Positions 25,273-39,500 of a stretch of DNA of 64,000 nt are shown one piece after another. The notes beneath the pieces are model-generated. The model did no database searches, was not told where the DNA came from, and was given only the letters and a program-made list of their open reading frames with translations. The position numbers and the translations under genes are program-made. Source of the DNA: Pecten maximus (taxonomy: Eukaryota); NCBI RefSeq assembly GCF_902652985.1, contig NC_047027.1:34038001-34102000 (forward strand). Reading direction: 5' to 3'. Each line of letters starts with the position of its first letter. Position 1 is the first letter of the stretch.

Positions 25273-28200
25273 GCTGTACAAGTTTATTCTTCCATAAATA
25301 TTCCCCTTCTGTGTTTTTGTTTATTCCTTCCTTCTCACATCACATCCATGAACTTTTGTTTTCAGTCGTCAGACAAAGAACTACCTTTCCTTGGCCTAGC
25401 CCCCCACAAACCAACAGGAGTCACAGAAAGAGTGTCGGACTTGCATTACAATGGTCGAGTTCCGTAACTCGTCTCCGGAACCCCGAGGAATTCAGGTCGT
25501 GATCACCTCAACGACCGGAACTGCTCGTGCTATTTCTGTCTAAAGTTAAATTAATACTGATTCAAGACTGTAAACAACAGTCCTCTTTACCAAACTCAAT
25601 ATCATACAATATTTATGATACAGTAACTTCCGGTATACAGTAGTTCAGGGTGTGATACTGGTGGTTTTGTAATCTAAGAATAGTTAATATTTCCGCCAAT
25701 GTCTGTCTCGTTCATTTTCAAACATGTTAACATTAGATGCTGAGACAATACGTTCTGGAAACTTATTCCAGCTTAATTCTTAATAATCTCAAATTTCATA
25801 GATTTGTTTTCTGTTTTTTTTTTTCTCTCTCTTTTTTTCTTTGTTTTTTTTTTATTATTTATATTTTAAGTTTTGCAGTCGAAATTTGGTTCATATTATT
25901 ATTTAAAGAGTATTGCCGCATGCAGTGTTTCATCCATTTTTTTTTATTTCATGTGAAATGTTCACTTCTCCATTACCTATATGTTTAAAGTTCAATTTAG
26001 CCTGATTTATTCCACAGGAAATAATAGGATTTATCTTTAAGAATATAACTTTTAAGTAAAAAATCATGGTAATTAATTTTGTTTTACTTCTTTTACTAAT
26101 TCGTTTTTTTTTATGTATTACTAGTTGTTTTTGTTTTTGCTTTTTTTTGTTTTTGTTTTTTAGTGGGGATCTTTATTTGTTTTTCTGTTACAGGCTAAAT
26201 GATATTGTTCACAGCATATCAATGTTCACTAATTACTTCAGCAATTACTTGACATGTAAGTAAAAAGCGCATGTACATGTATGGTTTTTTTTCTGCTCAA
26301 AGCAATAGACCAGTTGTTTTCATCTCAAACTTAAATATTTGTTGTAAATTCAGATCAATAAATTGAAGCGTTTTGCTGACAAGATGTCAAAGAAATTTTA
26401 ACATATTTACTTTCTTAATGGACTTTTTTCATGGTGACATCGTACTTACATTTAAATAATGTTTTACACTAAAATCAATATTTCTTATCACAGAAAGCCA
26501 AACTACCCAACACAGTCATCGGAGGCGTAAACCTTTCTGCGTTTTCTGACCAGCGAGGGGTGGCGAAAGGCTGATTAGGATTCCTGGTGACCGTGGTATC
26601 TGTATAGGGATTTCTAATGTAAATATTTCCCTATCAGAGATAGGTAAGTGTAAGATTATCCCGAACTGGCTACTTACTGACCGTCATACACACTACCCAA
26701 CCGGATTACTCCGGGTTAGAGTCGGCCCACTAATCCCATACTAGCAATATGTCCATCTCAACTCTCAATATTTAATATATTTATTTATTTAATTTACTGA
26801 CAAGAATTTAACATAAATATTCGTTTCATGTACATAATTGTGTATCTGCATATTATTGACACCTGTATACACGTGACTCTGTATATGTGACAAATAAAAT
26901 ATATTGTATGCTTTCTAATTTTGAAATCTACATTGTACGTACATAATATTTGACTAAATACAGGTTACATGTAACATTATGATACCGAAAAATATTTATA
27001 ATTTGCATTGTATAAAAAATCTTTAAAAATGTATATGTAGTATTTTGAACATTAGACATCACAATATCATAATACCATTTCATTTGTTAATTAATCAAGT
27101 TCAAATTTGAAATGAAAAAAAAATGTATTCTGTATTTATTCATTTATTTTCTCACATTCCTCCACATTTATATTCATATGATTGGTCAATATATAAGGGA
27201 CGTACAAACATATGTATGTCCCTAATATACATTTTGTTTCCCAGTTAACAGTGGTTAATATCAAATACGAAGCTGTCTTGCGAATTCTGTTTTGATATAT
27301 TATTTGGTTGTGAACATTGAACACGAGTTATCTCCCTTCCACTTGATGTTATCAGAAAACACTTGTCCATGCATTTTCCCTCTGATTAAATAACAATTGA
27401 AGTCACACGTGACTCTCGTTTGGACGAGAAAACGAGGTAATGATCATCTTGTGTCAAGTTTTGGACCGACTCGAATAATTGTTCTAAAAAAATGGAACAG
27501 GTAAGTGCCGTCAAAACTGGTAACAGCTTCTAATCATGTACTGTCCGTCAAATAGAAGTCCTCACGATTGTCGGAGTGTCCTGACGGCCGGTATCGTTTC
27601 AGTATTGTCCGAAATAATTCAGACATTGTCACCATGCCACCACGACATATATGAAGAAAGCATATTGGTACGTATACTTGTACATGAAGATTAGTCGACC
27701 ATTCATTTGTTCCAATATAATATGATATATTTAACAGTCGCTTCGTCAATTCCAGTGAATAACTTTAGATGTTGATTTTTTCAGATTCAGCGGACATGCC
27801 TTCGCCGTACGACGCAATAAACAATTATGTCATTTATGATAACGACAATAATTACTCCCAGGTGGTTTTGCATCACTTTAAGGATCATCTATATACCAGA
27901 AATATAATTAATTTCAAACACAAATAAATATTTCTAAAAAATGCACATAGGTTGTAATGTAATATCCTAAAATGTAGTTTCTTACAATCGCCAATAATTT
28001 GCTGTACATGCTATCAGTTTCTTCTTTAGAGTTACTTTGTGGTTATATGTAGCATGGACTATTTGTAAGTTGCACAATTAACCAAACCTGAAGAAAAAAG
28101 CCAAGCTGTTATGCCCACAAGTGTCTATATCACACGGTAGGAGCATTTGCTTTAACGGATTTTACTTAATGTAAGTATAAATAATTAGTTTTTGATCAAA

Positions 28201-29113
28201 TACAAAATGTATGCGAAACAAATGAGCTAATTATGTCTCCATGAAACATGCATTTTTTGTATGTTTTGTTGACATTTACAAACAGCTTAACACATTACAT
28301 GTCAAAAGCAAGACGGTTTGCAACGATACATACTTAAAATTCATCAAGTTAGTTCTGTTAAAGTGCACCATAGTAGGAATTTATAGGCTTGTAAAATATC
28401 ACTGTTTTGACTGGATTCCGCATTAGACAAGAACAATACAAAACAAATAAATAACTAAAAATATATAATTATTTGAAAAAGGATTAACACGATTAATGAT
28501 GAAATACTTCTGATGAGAGCTATTTTCAGCGGAATCGCTTTCAAAGTCGTTCCAGGAGAAAGCGCATAAAAATTGTCCTTCGCGGGAAAGGGACCACGCG
28601 TTATGGGCTGTTAAGTCAATTCAACATTTCAGAAGTTCCTGGAGATACCAAATGTATATTTCTTTTCATTTTCCTTCGTAAATAATCCTGTCCTATAATG
28701 CAATAGATGGAAATGTAAACAATAACAATAATAATAATAATAAAAAAAAAAGATAAAATAAAAACGATTCGTTTCATTAAACATCATTAAAATGGAAAAC
28801 TCAATTAAGATGTTTTAAGAACCATTCCGTTGTGCCATTTCCAATTCATAATATCACGTTGTTGTCTTAACTATGATGTTACAAGCGACTTTTGATTGGT
28901 ACAGAAAAAAAAAAAAAAAAACCCGAGGGAATATTGTACCTGTGTCATCCACTGGATAACAGGCAGGTAGTGCGATACATGTAAGTGTTAAACTAAATTC
29001 TGATTCGAGTTAAAGGCTATTTACAGATATATTTGTATGTGAAGATATCTTAAGCAAGCCAGGTAAGCATTTAACAAGTTGATGACATGACTAGCATGTA
29101 AACCACGCGCGAT

Positions 29114-29260
29114 NNNNNNNNNNNNNNNNNNNNNNNNNNNNNNNNNNNNNNNNNNNNNNNNNNNNNNNNNNNNNNNNNNNNNNNNNNNNNNNNNNNNNNN
29201 NNNNNNNNNNNNNNNNNNNNNNNNNNNNNNNNNNNNNNNNNNNNNNNNNNNNNNNNNNNN
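29114..29260. other. Assembly gap (147 N)
   Basis: Run of N. Confidence 1.
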
Positions 29261-29942
29261 TTTGCTTACCCCATTGTTCACACAAAAGGTTTTTATGTTT
29301 TTTTTATCAAAGATATGACGTAGTGAAAACATATTGACGGTTAGAGGCGATACCTGATTTGTGAGGTACCCAAGTATATTATAGAAAGCGGCCGAGGGTC
29401 TGTTGACGCACCATTGGTATGTAAAGCAACTGTTCTAAATGAATTCCTTGCATAGTTACAATATTTGTCTTTCTTTGTAAGTAAAACATTAAAAACTCCT
29501 TCAACGTTAAAGAATGTTTGATTAGTTTGTTTCTGACACATTTTTGTAAGTTTACATAAAAAACACTGCAATACTGTATGGAATCCGGATTAATGTTGTC
29601 AAATAAATCAGACATATTCTGATAAATTAGCAGAAAATACATTTATCTAGGGTAAGATTTAGTCTAGCGACTAACTGTGGCACCGCTTTGTTTGTTCTTC
29701 ATGTGATGTGCCAAACACATTACACTATTTACACGTAAACTCAGATATACTGAAAGTTATACCGGTTTGGGTGCAAGTTTGTTATGCAATATTGTGGAAA
29801 TTCTCCCCCAATACCGGAGTTACCGTGGGAATCAAAGCTCTGATATGTCCCACCTCACTGTCGATTTTTGACATTTGTCTACCTCCCTGTGGTAACAGAT
29901 GCTATAAAGCCGGGTATCATTGTACAATTAGAAAAATCACAC

Positions 29943-29944
<2 letters not shown>

Positions 29945-30017
<73 letters not shown>
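29945..30017. repeat. (GA)n microsatellite
   Basis: Direct reading. Confidence 0.95.
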
Positions 30018-30020
<3 letters not shown>

Positions 30021-30495
30021 GTCATGTAGTCTGTTCATGTTCATGAGGATAAATGAAATACATAATGTACAAAAGTGTTCATTCTTTTGTGACAAATGAC
30101 GTCATCCTTCTCTAGTCTTTAATATAATGTCGTGGGCTGTTCAGAAGTCGTCTAAATTCAAGCGTAACCCCGAAATGAATGTTGATAAAATGTTTGTTCC
30201 GGTAGCCATCAAGAATCGGGAATTGAAAGTCAACAAGCTTACCGGTTTCCTACAATGTCTAGGTTGTTAAAGTCGGTTTATTAACACACCAAACGTCTAA
30301 GCTACTAAAGTAATTACCTTTAACGAGAGCGTACATAAACAGAGGCTCGATTTTTACAGAAAAGTGTATAATGATTTTCCCAGTAAAGAAACACATCACG
30401 GTTTATTTTTTTTCATTATATTATGCCCCTTTTAACTTTTAAAAATTTTTATTTTGGGAAATGATAATGATATGCGATTTCATGATTTTATATAA

Positions 30496-30496
<1 letters not shown>

Positions 30497-30537
<41 letters not shown>
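30497..30537. repeat. (CAT)n microsatellite
   Basis: Direct reading. Confidence 0.9.
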
Positions 30538-32002
30538 AATCACAAGGGGGGGGGGGGTTACCAATATGAATGCCTCATCAATCAATTAGTTAGACAGTAG
30601 GTTAAAATCAATTGTCTTTAATTTATATACAATTCCATAGCTGATATAAAGAGGTCACACAACTTGTGGTGGTGTATATGGTTTTTTTTTTCACGAGAAG
30701 TTACACAGTTACATAAACGCAAGTTTTAGTGAGTGTTTTCTGAAATTATTGAAAAAATTAACTGAAGAGAGTGAAAGAAATACCATCTACATCAATAACG
30801 ACTTGTGTGACATGTTTCCTACGCAACGAAAATATTCCGAGGATGAATTGACTTGTTCTGCGTTAACATGCGTAATGATATGACTTGTCATGAAATGCCG
30901 CTAATTAATATGCAAACTGACGATTTCAGAAATCCATGGAAATAGCATAATTTATTGCAAAACAAAATGAGTAATTAAACAAAATGATTATCTTCTTCAA
31001 AGCAACAGTTTGATATCATTTCCATGAGCGCCCTTCATGCACCAGACATTAAAACGCATTGGGTCACGTGATCAAAATATACTGCTGGTTAATCTTCAAC
31101 AAATCAGCCAATCAAAATGCATTTACAGTTCATACAGACCACATTTGGTATAAACATTGTTATTCATCAATTATAATGACTGATGCCTTAATAGTTGAAT
31201 AACACCCACTTATTGTGGCAGAGATTGTAGTAACTCATGGTAAAGTCAGTATTAATAGTTTACACACATCGAGGAAAACTACATCATCACATCCGCAATT
31301 TCAGTTTTCTGATTTAGCAATGAAGGAATATTTCACCCGTTAAAACTACAGTACATCTCATATTTATTCAGATTTTGGATTTTACACAGTTCACATCATT
31401 ATAAGCTATCTGACTTGCAGAGATGTATCAATAGTTCATTCCTTTTAATCATTCCATACATCGACCCATACTTCAGTGCCCTTTTTGCATGTATTGGAAA
31501 CTGAATATCTTTACCATATAAATGACAGCTGTTGTAATTTAAATACACTTAGATTCTTAGATATCTATATATAGTTTGGTGTTGGATGTAAGGTCAGTTT
31601 GGTACAGAATGACCAACATCAGGAGGGGGATTAAAGAAAACTTGGTCAAGTCTGAAAAACGTTCCAGAGATTCGTTGTGTGGGACGGTTATCCGGGATAC
31701 CGCCTAATATCAAAATATGTAAACATTTGATGTCTTCCTTACCGTACACAGACTTCTGAGGAATTGTTTGGTTTTTATTGAGAAATACATTGACTTTACT
31801 TGGGTGTGTGTTACATATGGTGTTTGTTTATTTGCTGTAAAAGAAGTGTATAATTCATAGATAAATCCACGTGTTTGCCTACATGAGTGAGGAATATTTT
31901 GTTCTTTATGTGCGTGCACTTATAAGATTGATAAAGAGAAGTGCTTTATATATAGAAATATCCTTATGTTTAAAACAAGAAATGTTAAATGTGATATTTT
32001 TT

Positions 32003-32482
32003 ATACATTTGCGTGTGAAGAATAAAAAGTGATATATTTGATACATTTGCTTGTGAAGTATAAAAAGTGATATATTTGATACATTTCCTTGTGAAGTATA
32101 AAAAGTGATATATTTGATACATTTGCTTGTGAAGTATAAAAAGTGATATATTTAATATATTTGCCTGTGAAGTATAAAAAGTGATATATTTTATACATTT
32201 GATTGTGAAGCATAAAAGTGATATATTTTATACATTTGGTTGTGAAGTATAAAAAGTGATATATTTGAGACATTTGCTTGTGAAGTATAAGAAGTGATAT
32301 ATTTGAGACATTTGCTTGTGAAGTATAAGAAGTGATATATTTGATACATTTGTGTGTGAGGTATAAACAGTGATATATTTCATACATTTGGGTGAACAGT
32401 ATAAGGGTAATATATTTCATACATTTGCGGGTGAAGTATAAAAAGTAATATATATCACACATTTCCGTTTGAGGTATAAAAG
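32003..32482. repeat. 38-bp minisatellite, ~12 copies
   Basis: Unit ATACATTTGCTTGTGAAGTATAAAAAGTGATATATTTG. Confidence 0.9.
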
Positions 32483-33452
32483 GAGAGATTTTCATGTGAA
32501 GTGGAATTACATCTGTTTGTGAAATAAGTATAAAGAAGGAATATAAGTGTCATGTTTGTATAGCTATAGTTTAGTATAAATTTTGGAAATGAAATTTTCT
32601 ACCCGGTATAAAGTATATGAATCAATAAGGACAGTCTTGAAGAACAATGTATCAAAATGTTTGCTGAGCCATAGAATAGTTAACCTTTTTACCAATATAT
32701 CCAGGTAATGGTGAATTATCGGAGTGTGTGCAATTCAAGTGCCGTTCTGTATATGTACAGGACTGTTTTTACTGTAAACAAGTTGATATGATAATGTACA
32801 TTTCATACAACAAGGATTCAACAAAAAAAAAAAAAAAAAAAAATGTTTGCAAATATCTCTCCTTTAAGAATTGAGCACGCAACAACTGCCCTGTTATAGA
32901 ATAAAACAAAGAAGAAGGGTGTTATTTAAAGTCATTTAATCATCCAAGAACGTTGAAAAATAGTTATGAGTGACATTAAATATATAACGTGGTGATTTGC
33001 AGCATTATAACTTCGGTATCATGTTTGACTTGGCGACCGGTGGAAGTGACGGCTGCTACTTAATATAATGAAGTAGTGATGTTATCAGGTAGTCGTCGGT
33101 GAAAGTTTAGAATGTTTTCTATTGAATATCAAGGAAAAAACAAATCACATAAGAATATCAAATTAAATTAAATTGAAATCAGAATGACTTCTGAATCTTC
33201 GTTCTAAAAATGTATGAAGTGAAAATTGCATCAGTACTACTCTAGCCACATTTTGTTAAAACATATTTTATTCACATAAAATGAGGGATAAGTCAGTAAA
33301 TTTTACCAATTTATAAATCACTTCTACCGTAATAATGACATAATGATACAGTAATCACGTGATGGCAATATACACATTTATAAAGTATGATAAGGTAAAG
33401 AAAAGTAAAAACAATGTAATAAGTAATAATCGACTTATCAGAAACATTTTTT

Positions 33453-33457
<5 letters not shown>

Positions 33458-33518
<61 letters not shown>

Positions 33519-33562
33519 AAGATAGACAGACAGAAAGATAAAGACAGACACAGACAGAGAGA
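33458..33562. repeat. Compound (GA)n/(GACA)n microsatellite
   Basis: Direct reading. Confidence 0.9.
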
Positions 33563-34904
33563 GGTTCAAAGCATCCACATGATTTGGGGGTGGGGGCAGA
33601 ATGATAGCCACATTTCATGTCTTAGCATGGAAAATATCCAAAAATGACGTCAAACTACTTATAATACTGATTATATTCATACCATAATGTGGTGTCCTTA
33701 AACACGCAAAAAGGCGACAGATGTTGTCCAAGTTTATACAAACATTCTAGCCAAACCATAATAATGGTGATTATATACACAGTGCCGTCTAGGCTTAGCG
33801 CTGCGTTAGTGTAACAAATAGATAGATAAGTGCAGCAAATTAAAACACATCCCTCTGTGTCAACATCAATAATCCAAGCCTGTTGCTCTTCCTCTCTTTT
33901 ATAGTAGGGGGAATCCTTTCATAAAGAAAAAAAAATCATTATCTTCCCTCCGGAACAGATCTAAACAGACACATACAAATACGATGATTGCGTGAACAGT
34001 TTTGTGTTTCTAAATCATTATATAAACATGCACCTTTCTTATTATGCCATTTATAATGTAGATGACTTCATTCCACTTTATATACTGTTGAATGGCATAT
34101 ATGTTTTTTCTTCTTTTCTTCAGTTTTTTTACTTATTTGTTTCTTTATTTGTATTTTTGTATGTTTGCTTGTCTGTTTTTATGTGTGTTATTACATATAT
34201 AAACGTAATATCCTTATGCTTTCAAATATACAGAAATTGCCGACAATTTTTTTTGTAAATGTGTACACTTGTATTTGCATGCGACAAAGATAATAATATT
34301 ACCTACATGACGGTGTCAGAGGTTGACAAGCATTATCTATATTGTATTAAAAGTTCGGTAGTGAAACAAAATGATGTACAATTTATAACATGACATTTAA
34401 AGTGATGCTGATATTTCAAACACTCTACTGATTCCAAACTAATCTTTCAACCAACTCTGATAGAGTTGCCAAGATATTCTCATTTATGTTAATCATTACT
34501 TGTCAATTCTAATGCAGTAAGATGACACAAGACATGGTAAAGGAAAGAATAGGAATATTGAATAAAACAAATTACATGTAATTGTCATTTTTGTTAATCT
34601 AATGTTCTATACTCGAGTAACCTGCCCGTGTGGGTTAACCGGAATACTAATTTATAAAATGCTAATGTTTAACAAAGTTCTACACTTTGCTTCGCGTGGG
34701 CCTTACTCCAGAGTGGGTAATATCGGGTTAAAAGCGTTCATTTTGTTTACGATCCTACGATTGCAACAATGCGCCATATGAAGAGCGATAATGTACCATG
34801 TGACAAATGAACGCGCCATGCGACAAAATTACGGGATTGTGCGATATTAAAATTTTGTCGCTCCGTCACATTAACAAGGTACTTTTGGCGTTTTTGTGGT
34901 ACTT

Positions 34905-35104
34905 TTTTCGCATGGTGCGTTTTTGCTCTTCGAATGGCGAATCGTCGCTCTTTTAATGGCGAACTGTTGCAATTTGCATGGTACATGGCTCATTGTCGCT
35001 GTTTTCGCATGGTGCGTTTTTGCTCTTCGAATGGCGAATCGTCGCTCTTTTAATGGCGAACTGTTGCAATTTGCATGGTACATGGCTCATTGTCGCTGTT
35101 TTCG
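34905..35104. repeat. Exact 97-bp tandem duplication inside a GC-richer, probably transposon-derived segment (~34750-35240)
   Basis: TTTTCGCATGGTGCGTTTTTGCTCTTCGAATGGCG..GTCGCTG repeated at 97-nt spacing. Confidence 0.8.
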
Positions 35105-36575
35105 TGAGCCATGCGACCCCGCAAGTACCCCGCCAATACGACAGGGTGATATAATTCGCACTTTTCATGGTGCACTGTCGTTCCTGGCGGGGTGCCAATG
35201 CAACAGTGCGAAATGGCCGAAATTAACCACCTTACGACCAATTATATCAATGTTCTGATATTTTTTTTATGAACTAATAAAGGAATTACATTCTCACAAC
35301 ATCAATGACGATATGGTAATCTTTGATACAATGGCTTGATGCAGCATAAAATTATCTGAAAATATGCTTCAATAATATAGTATAATATATCTTGATAGGT
35401 AGATAGCTATAACAAAACAAAATCTATAACGATCTCTTTTAATTGTGTTTGATTTATATTTAACCATTTTATATTCATTCGGATTCATCACACGAACCTT
35501 ATCAGTGCAACATTCATTTTGAATAATCTTTCATATTTGGCTTCTCGTCTACATGTGTTGTGATGAAAGACTAACAAACGTATCATAATAACCGATCTGT
35601 TGGATTTAACTTGATTTACATAACGAGTGTCGTCATCAAGACAGAAGACGCCCATTCTTTCTGAACACCTGGTCTTTGTTCCTTTTACTTTTCACGAAAT
35701 CTCCATGCAAGTCTATATTGCAAATGTTTTGCTCTTTTTATCGAAAGAGACTTAGAATCAGGGTTTCGTTTGCGTTCAGGTATTCTCTGTTGGTGATGAC
35801 ATGATACACATAACAACATATACATCTATGTTTTATTAATTGTACATTATCTTGTTATATAAGTTATTTTGAAAACAGAAATATTGATAATCTTTACAAA
35901 ACCCGCCTAGACTGTACAATTACGTGACATTAAGGATCAGTTTTGAACTGCGATGTCCCTTCTCCATAAGATGTATGTTCTCGGCTAAAGTCAAGAAAAT
36001 AAGGTAAATATCTATGTTGACCGGAATGTCGCAATCCGCCACCATTGGTTAAATTCCTCATTCCTGAGAAATCCTCGGAATACAAAAACAGTCCATCTTC
36101 TATAAGACATTTCTGTGAAGCATCCTGAATTTGTCCAAACCGTCATTAAGTCCACAATGAAGATAAACCATTTACGTTAAATAAATTGAGATAGCATCCA
36201 TCCGGAGCTTTAGACAGTGTATCTCAACGTAAAAAGTTTTGATAATCCAACAACGATTCACAATGCTGAGTTGTTACAAGCAAGTTCCATCTTCTCCGGA
36301 ACAAAGTCTTCCCGTCTTCTAGTCCGGATATTACACACTAAACTGTCTATTGACAACCGAAGTCGGCCCTTTATTGAAATCTAATTTGTCACTGCCTTCA
36401 CGCCCCTCGATACTCGATATGGACCCTTCGTCCTGGTAACGGACCTATGTGAGAACGGCCCCTCCTAAGCTCGACTGTCCAGGATAAGGGGCTGACTCGG
36501 TGATGTTTGTATAGGGGTATACTTATATAGGTCAAAATTAATCCAGCACTACAATCTCCTCAGTTTTGACAAGTG

Positions 36576-39500
36576 ATGTTCATGATGAAGGTAATACAAA
36601 GTAGCGTCGTATTCCTAGGTAAGTTATCGACAGTTATATTTCTTAAATATTTTATCTAACGAATGTAATTTCAACTAGACTTTAAGTTCAGGTAATAATG
36701 ATATTCATGTTCGTATTGTTATCCGCAATTATCTATAAACAGTTGTTCTAGTATTGTTAAAATCCTACTGTATTTGATATTCCTAAGCAAATTTTTGTTC
36801 AAATGTTACTCATATTACTAACTATCTAGTGAAGAAAGAACATAATGAAAACATTGTTTTCGTCTGTGTAAAGATTTATTATTTTGGCATTCCTAAACGT
36901 CTTTACATTTGTTCTATACGTTTCGATGGATTTCATGTTTATCTTGTTAATATATACGCAGGATTTAACCGATTTTGAGTTAGAATTTTGATATCGACTA
37001 CTCTTTCTTATGTCTGTGCGTTTAAAAATTCACAACCAGGTATACAGTAACAGAGTATGATTTCAACTTCATTAAAAAAATGATATCTTTGAATTAATTT
37101 ACATTGCCTTTTCACTGGGATCATTTTATTCACAACATTTTACCGATGTTATTAGCTATTTTGTAGAGGTAATGGAGATTGACATTCCTGACCAAATGTT
37201 TTTCTTTCCATCAATGGGATATATAAAATATTATTTTGGTATTCAGAAAAGACGAATATGTTTCATGAATTGTAATATATGATGACAGGTTATCACAACA
37301 GTTCTTCGTTACAGTATTTATATAGATGTATCAACTATAGATTAATAGTAGATATTATAGATATATGAACAAATACTGATATCTTAAATATGTTTCTGGA
37401 CATGGTCCCCACAACCGCTCACGTCATAAGTAACCGGGTGTACGGTTGACGGAGCAAATAAAGGGATTGTTTTAAAGTGCCGTGACGCTTATACACCGTA
37501 ACCCGGACATGGTAGCATCACAACCTTCCATGTCACATTATACTGACCATACAAGTCACTACAATCACCAATAAAAAGCTTAAAGTCTGGCGTAAGAACA
37601 CATTTACCAAAGTTATGGTTCAATTTAGAACCCAAAATTGGTATTTAAGGCAGTAAGAGAAAGCCAGGGGAAAATTTTTAACTGGCACAGGTCAGATCAG
37701 TTGCCGTTTTCTTTTCCTGAAGAATTGGCATAGAAGAAAACTTCGCAATTTCAACAATAAGTCGCCACTTACATAATGAAGTATGTACTTACCATCAATC
37801 CCTTGACTGCAGGATATATTTAGTTTACTGACAGTAATATTCCTATAGTAATAATCTGTTCAATATTATTTTCATGGCCAGTGCTATGTACTATATAATG
37901 TTTGGTTTTAGGTTGTAGGGTCAACTTTAAGAAAAAAAAAGATATATTTGCAGTTATATCTAGCATTTTTTTTACAGTGTTCTTTTTTTTCAAAATGCTT
38001 CAAAAATAAAACAAATGTTTTCCTGACACGTTGTAAACTAACCATGCTTTGGATCGATACTGTCAGGAAAGTAATGTTTGAATTGTGGGTGACATGTTAT
38101 CACTGACATCACACCCAGAATGTAAGTAACTAGGAATAGTTTTAAGATATACCACAAACTCGGATAAACGTTTAGCATGTAGTCTAAACACTGACATTAA
38201 TTCACAGTATAATACACAAAGATACACTATGTTTCTAGAGATTTAGGATGGCTCCAAGCTTTCCACATTTTTTGTTTAAATATTTTTTACATACTTTTTG
38301 CATTTAGAAACCCTAAAATATCGGTATGTTAAACGTCGCCACGGCATAGCTGTCTCTAGATAATCACTGTTTCATGTCTTAAAGGGTAGATACTGAAACA
38401 ACCCTGATGATAATTTAATAAATACAGTCTGGTAAGTGATAACATCAGAGCAAATTTTACTGCACATTTCAAGGGACATTGATGATAGAGTGATTAACAA
38501 GTTTTTGCAATAATTCACAATTTCTTAATCTGTTTCCTTAAGTATTTGAGAAGAGAATAATTATCAAACATTGGCAGGGATATCTTAATCCACGTGGAAG
38601 AGTTAGCATTAAACTATCCAGCCAAACTTTTACACGCGGTCAGCGATATCCCTGTCAACGGTACAGACCCATGCAAGAGTCTATTATTCTCAAAGGTTTC
38701 TACAAGATATTCAAAAAGCAAAAAAAAAAAAAAAAAAAGTCAAAAAGCTAAAATTACTAATGCGTTTATTTGTATGTCATGTATCTTTTCCTATGTGTTT
38801 AATGGTCTAAAGATGGTATCTCTTGTATAGATATAGAGAGTTAACAAGGAGATGCTACTGCATATTGTATTTTTACGCGAAAAAAAGAAACCCGAAGAAT
38901 TCTATGTATTACGTAACTTTCGGTCTTATAGGCGATCGTTTTGTGGATATGTAATTATTTGTTTGCGTTAATTAAATTTGATCCTTACCAATGGATGGTA
39001 TTTTATGCATTTTTGGGAAAAAAATAAACATATCAAATGTCGGTGAAACATATTTAATCCTTACTGTCCAAAATAACATGTTTTCGCTGTCGTGTTATCA
39101 CAAACATCGAACCCAAAGTACAGTTACCACGGAAAGTTGAAAGAAAATAGCCGTAAAAATGCATTGTATCTAGATTCCTTTCACAACCTATGAAGTAGCA
39201 TTGTTAAGCTGCAGAAAATGGAAGTGCACGTTGTCGGAAAAGGATAGCATATTGGCCCCGCCCACTTCCCACCAGATAAGGGAATCTAACTCCTCGCGAT
39301 AAGAATCCGTCCATATCCTTTATTTAAAAACATGCCTGAAGGAAATTAAAGGGCACAAAAGTATTTTTTATGTATTTTAACTCTTTTCTCTCTCTTATCT
39401 TTTACTACTTTGTTTGTGTCTATATAAAATGTGTGTGTTGTTGGGCAGAAAATATTAATCAATGAATCATTCCTCTTTTCAGCTGCCTTTGCTTTAGCTG

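Noticed and set aside
29708-30046. ORFs with poly-(ER) (also 33359-33541)
   Set aside because: (GA)n microsatellite translation
32001-32495. 164-aa ORF with periodic Tyr/Ile/Cys
   Set aside because: Translation of the 38-bp minisatellite
34747-35258. Overlapping duplicated ORFs (MYHANCNSSPLKERR..)
   Set aside because: Products of the 97-bp duplication in a repeat element
38594-38830. ORFs at 38594 (+) and 45529-45819 (-) sharing D(I/V)P(V/A)NGTDPCK
   Set aside because: The similarity comes from a short dispersed DNA repeat (GATATCCCTGTCAACGG.ACAGACCCATG); no splice sites or extended homology
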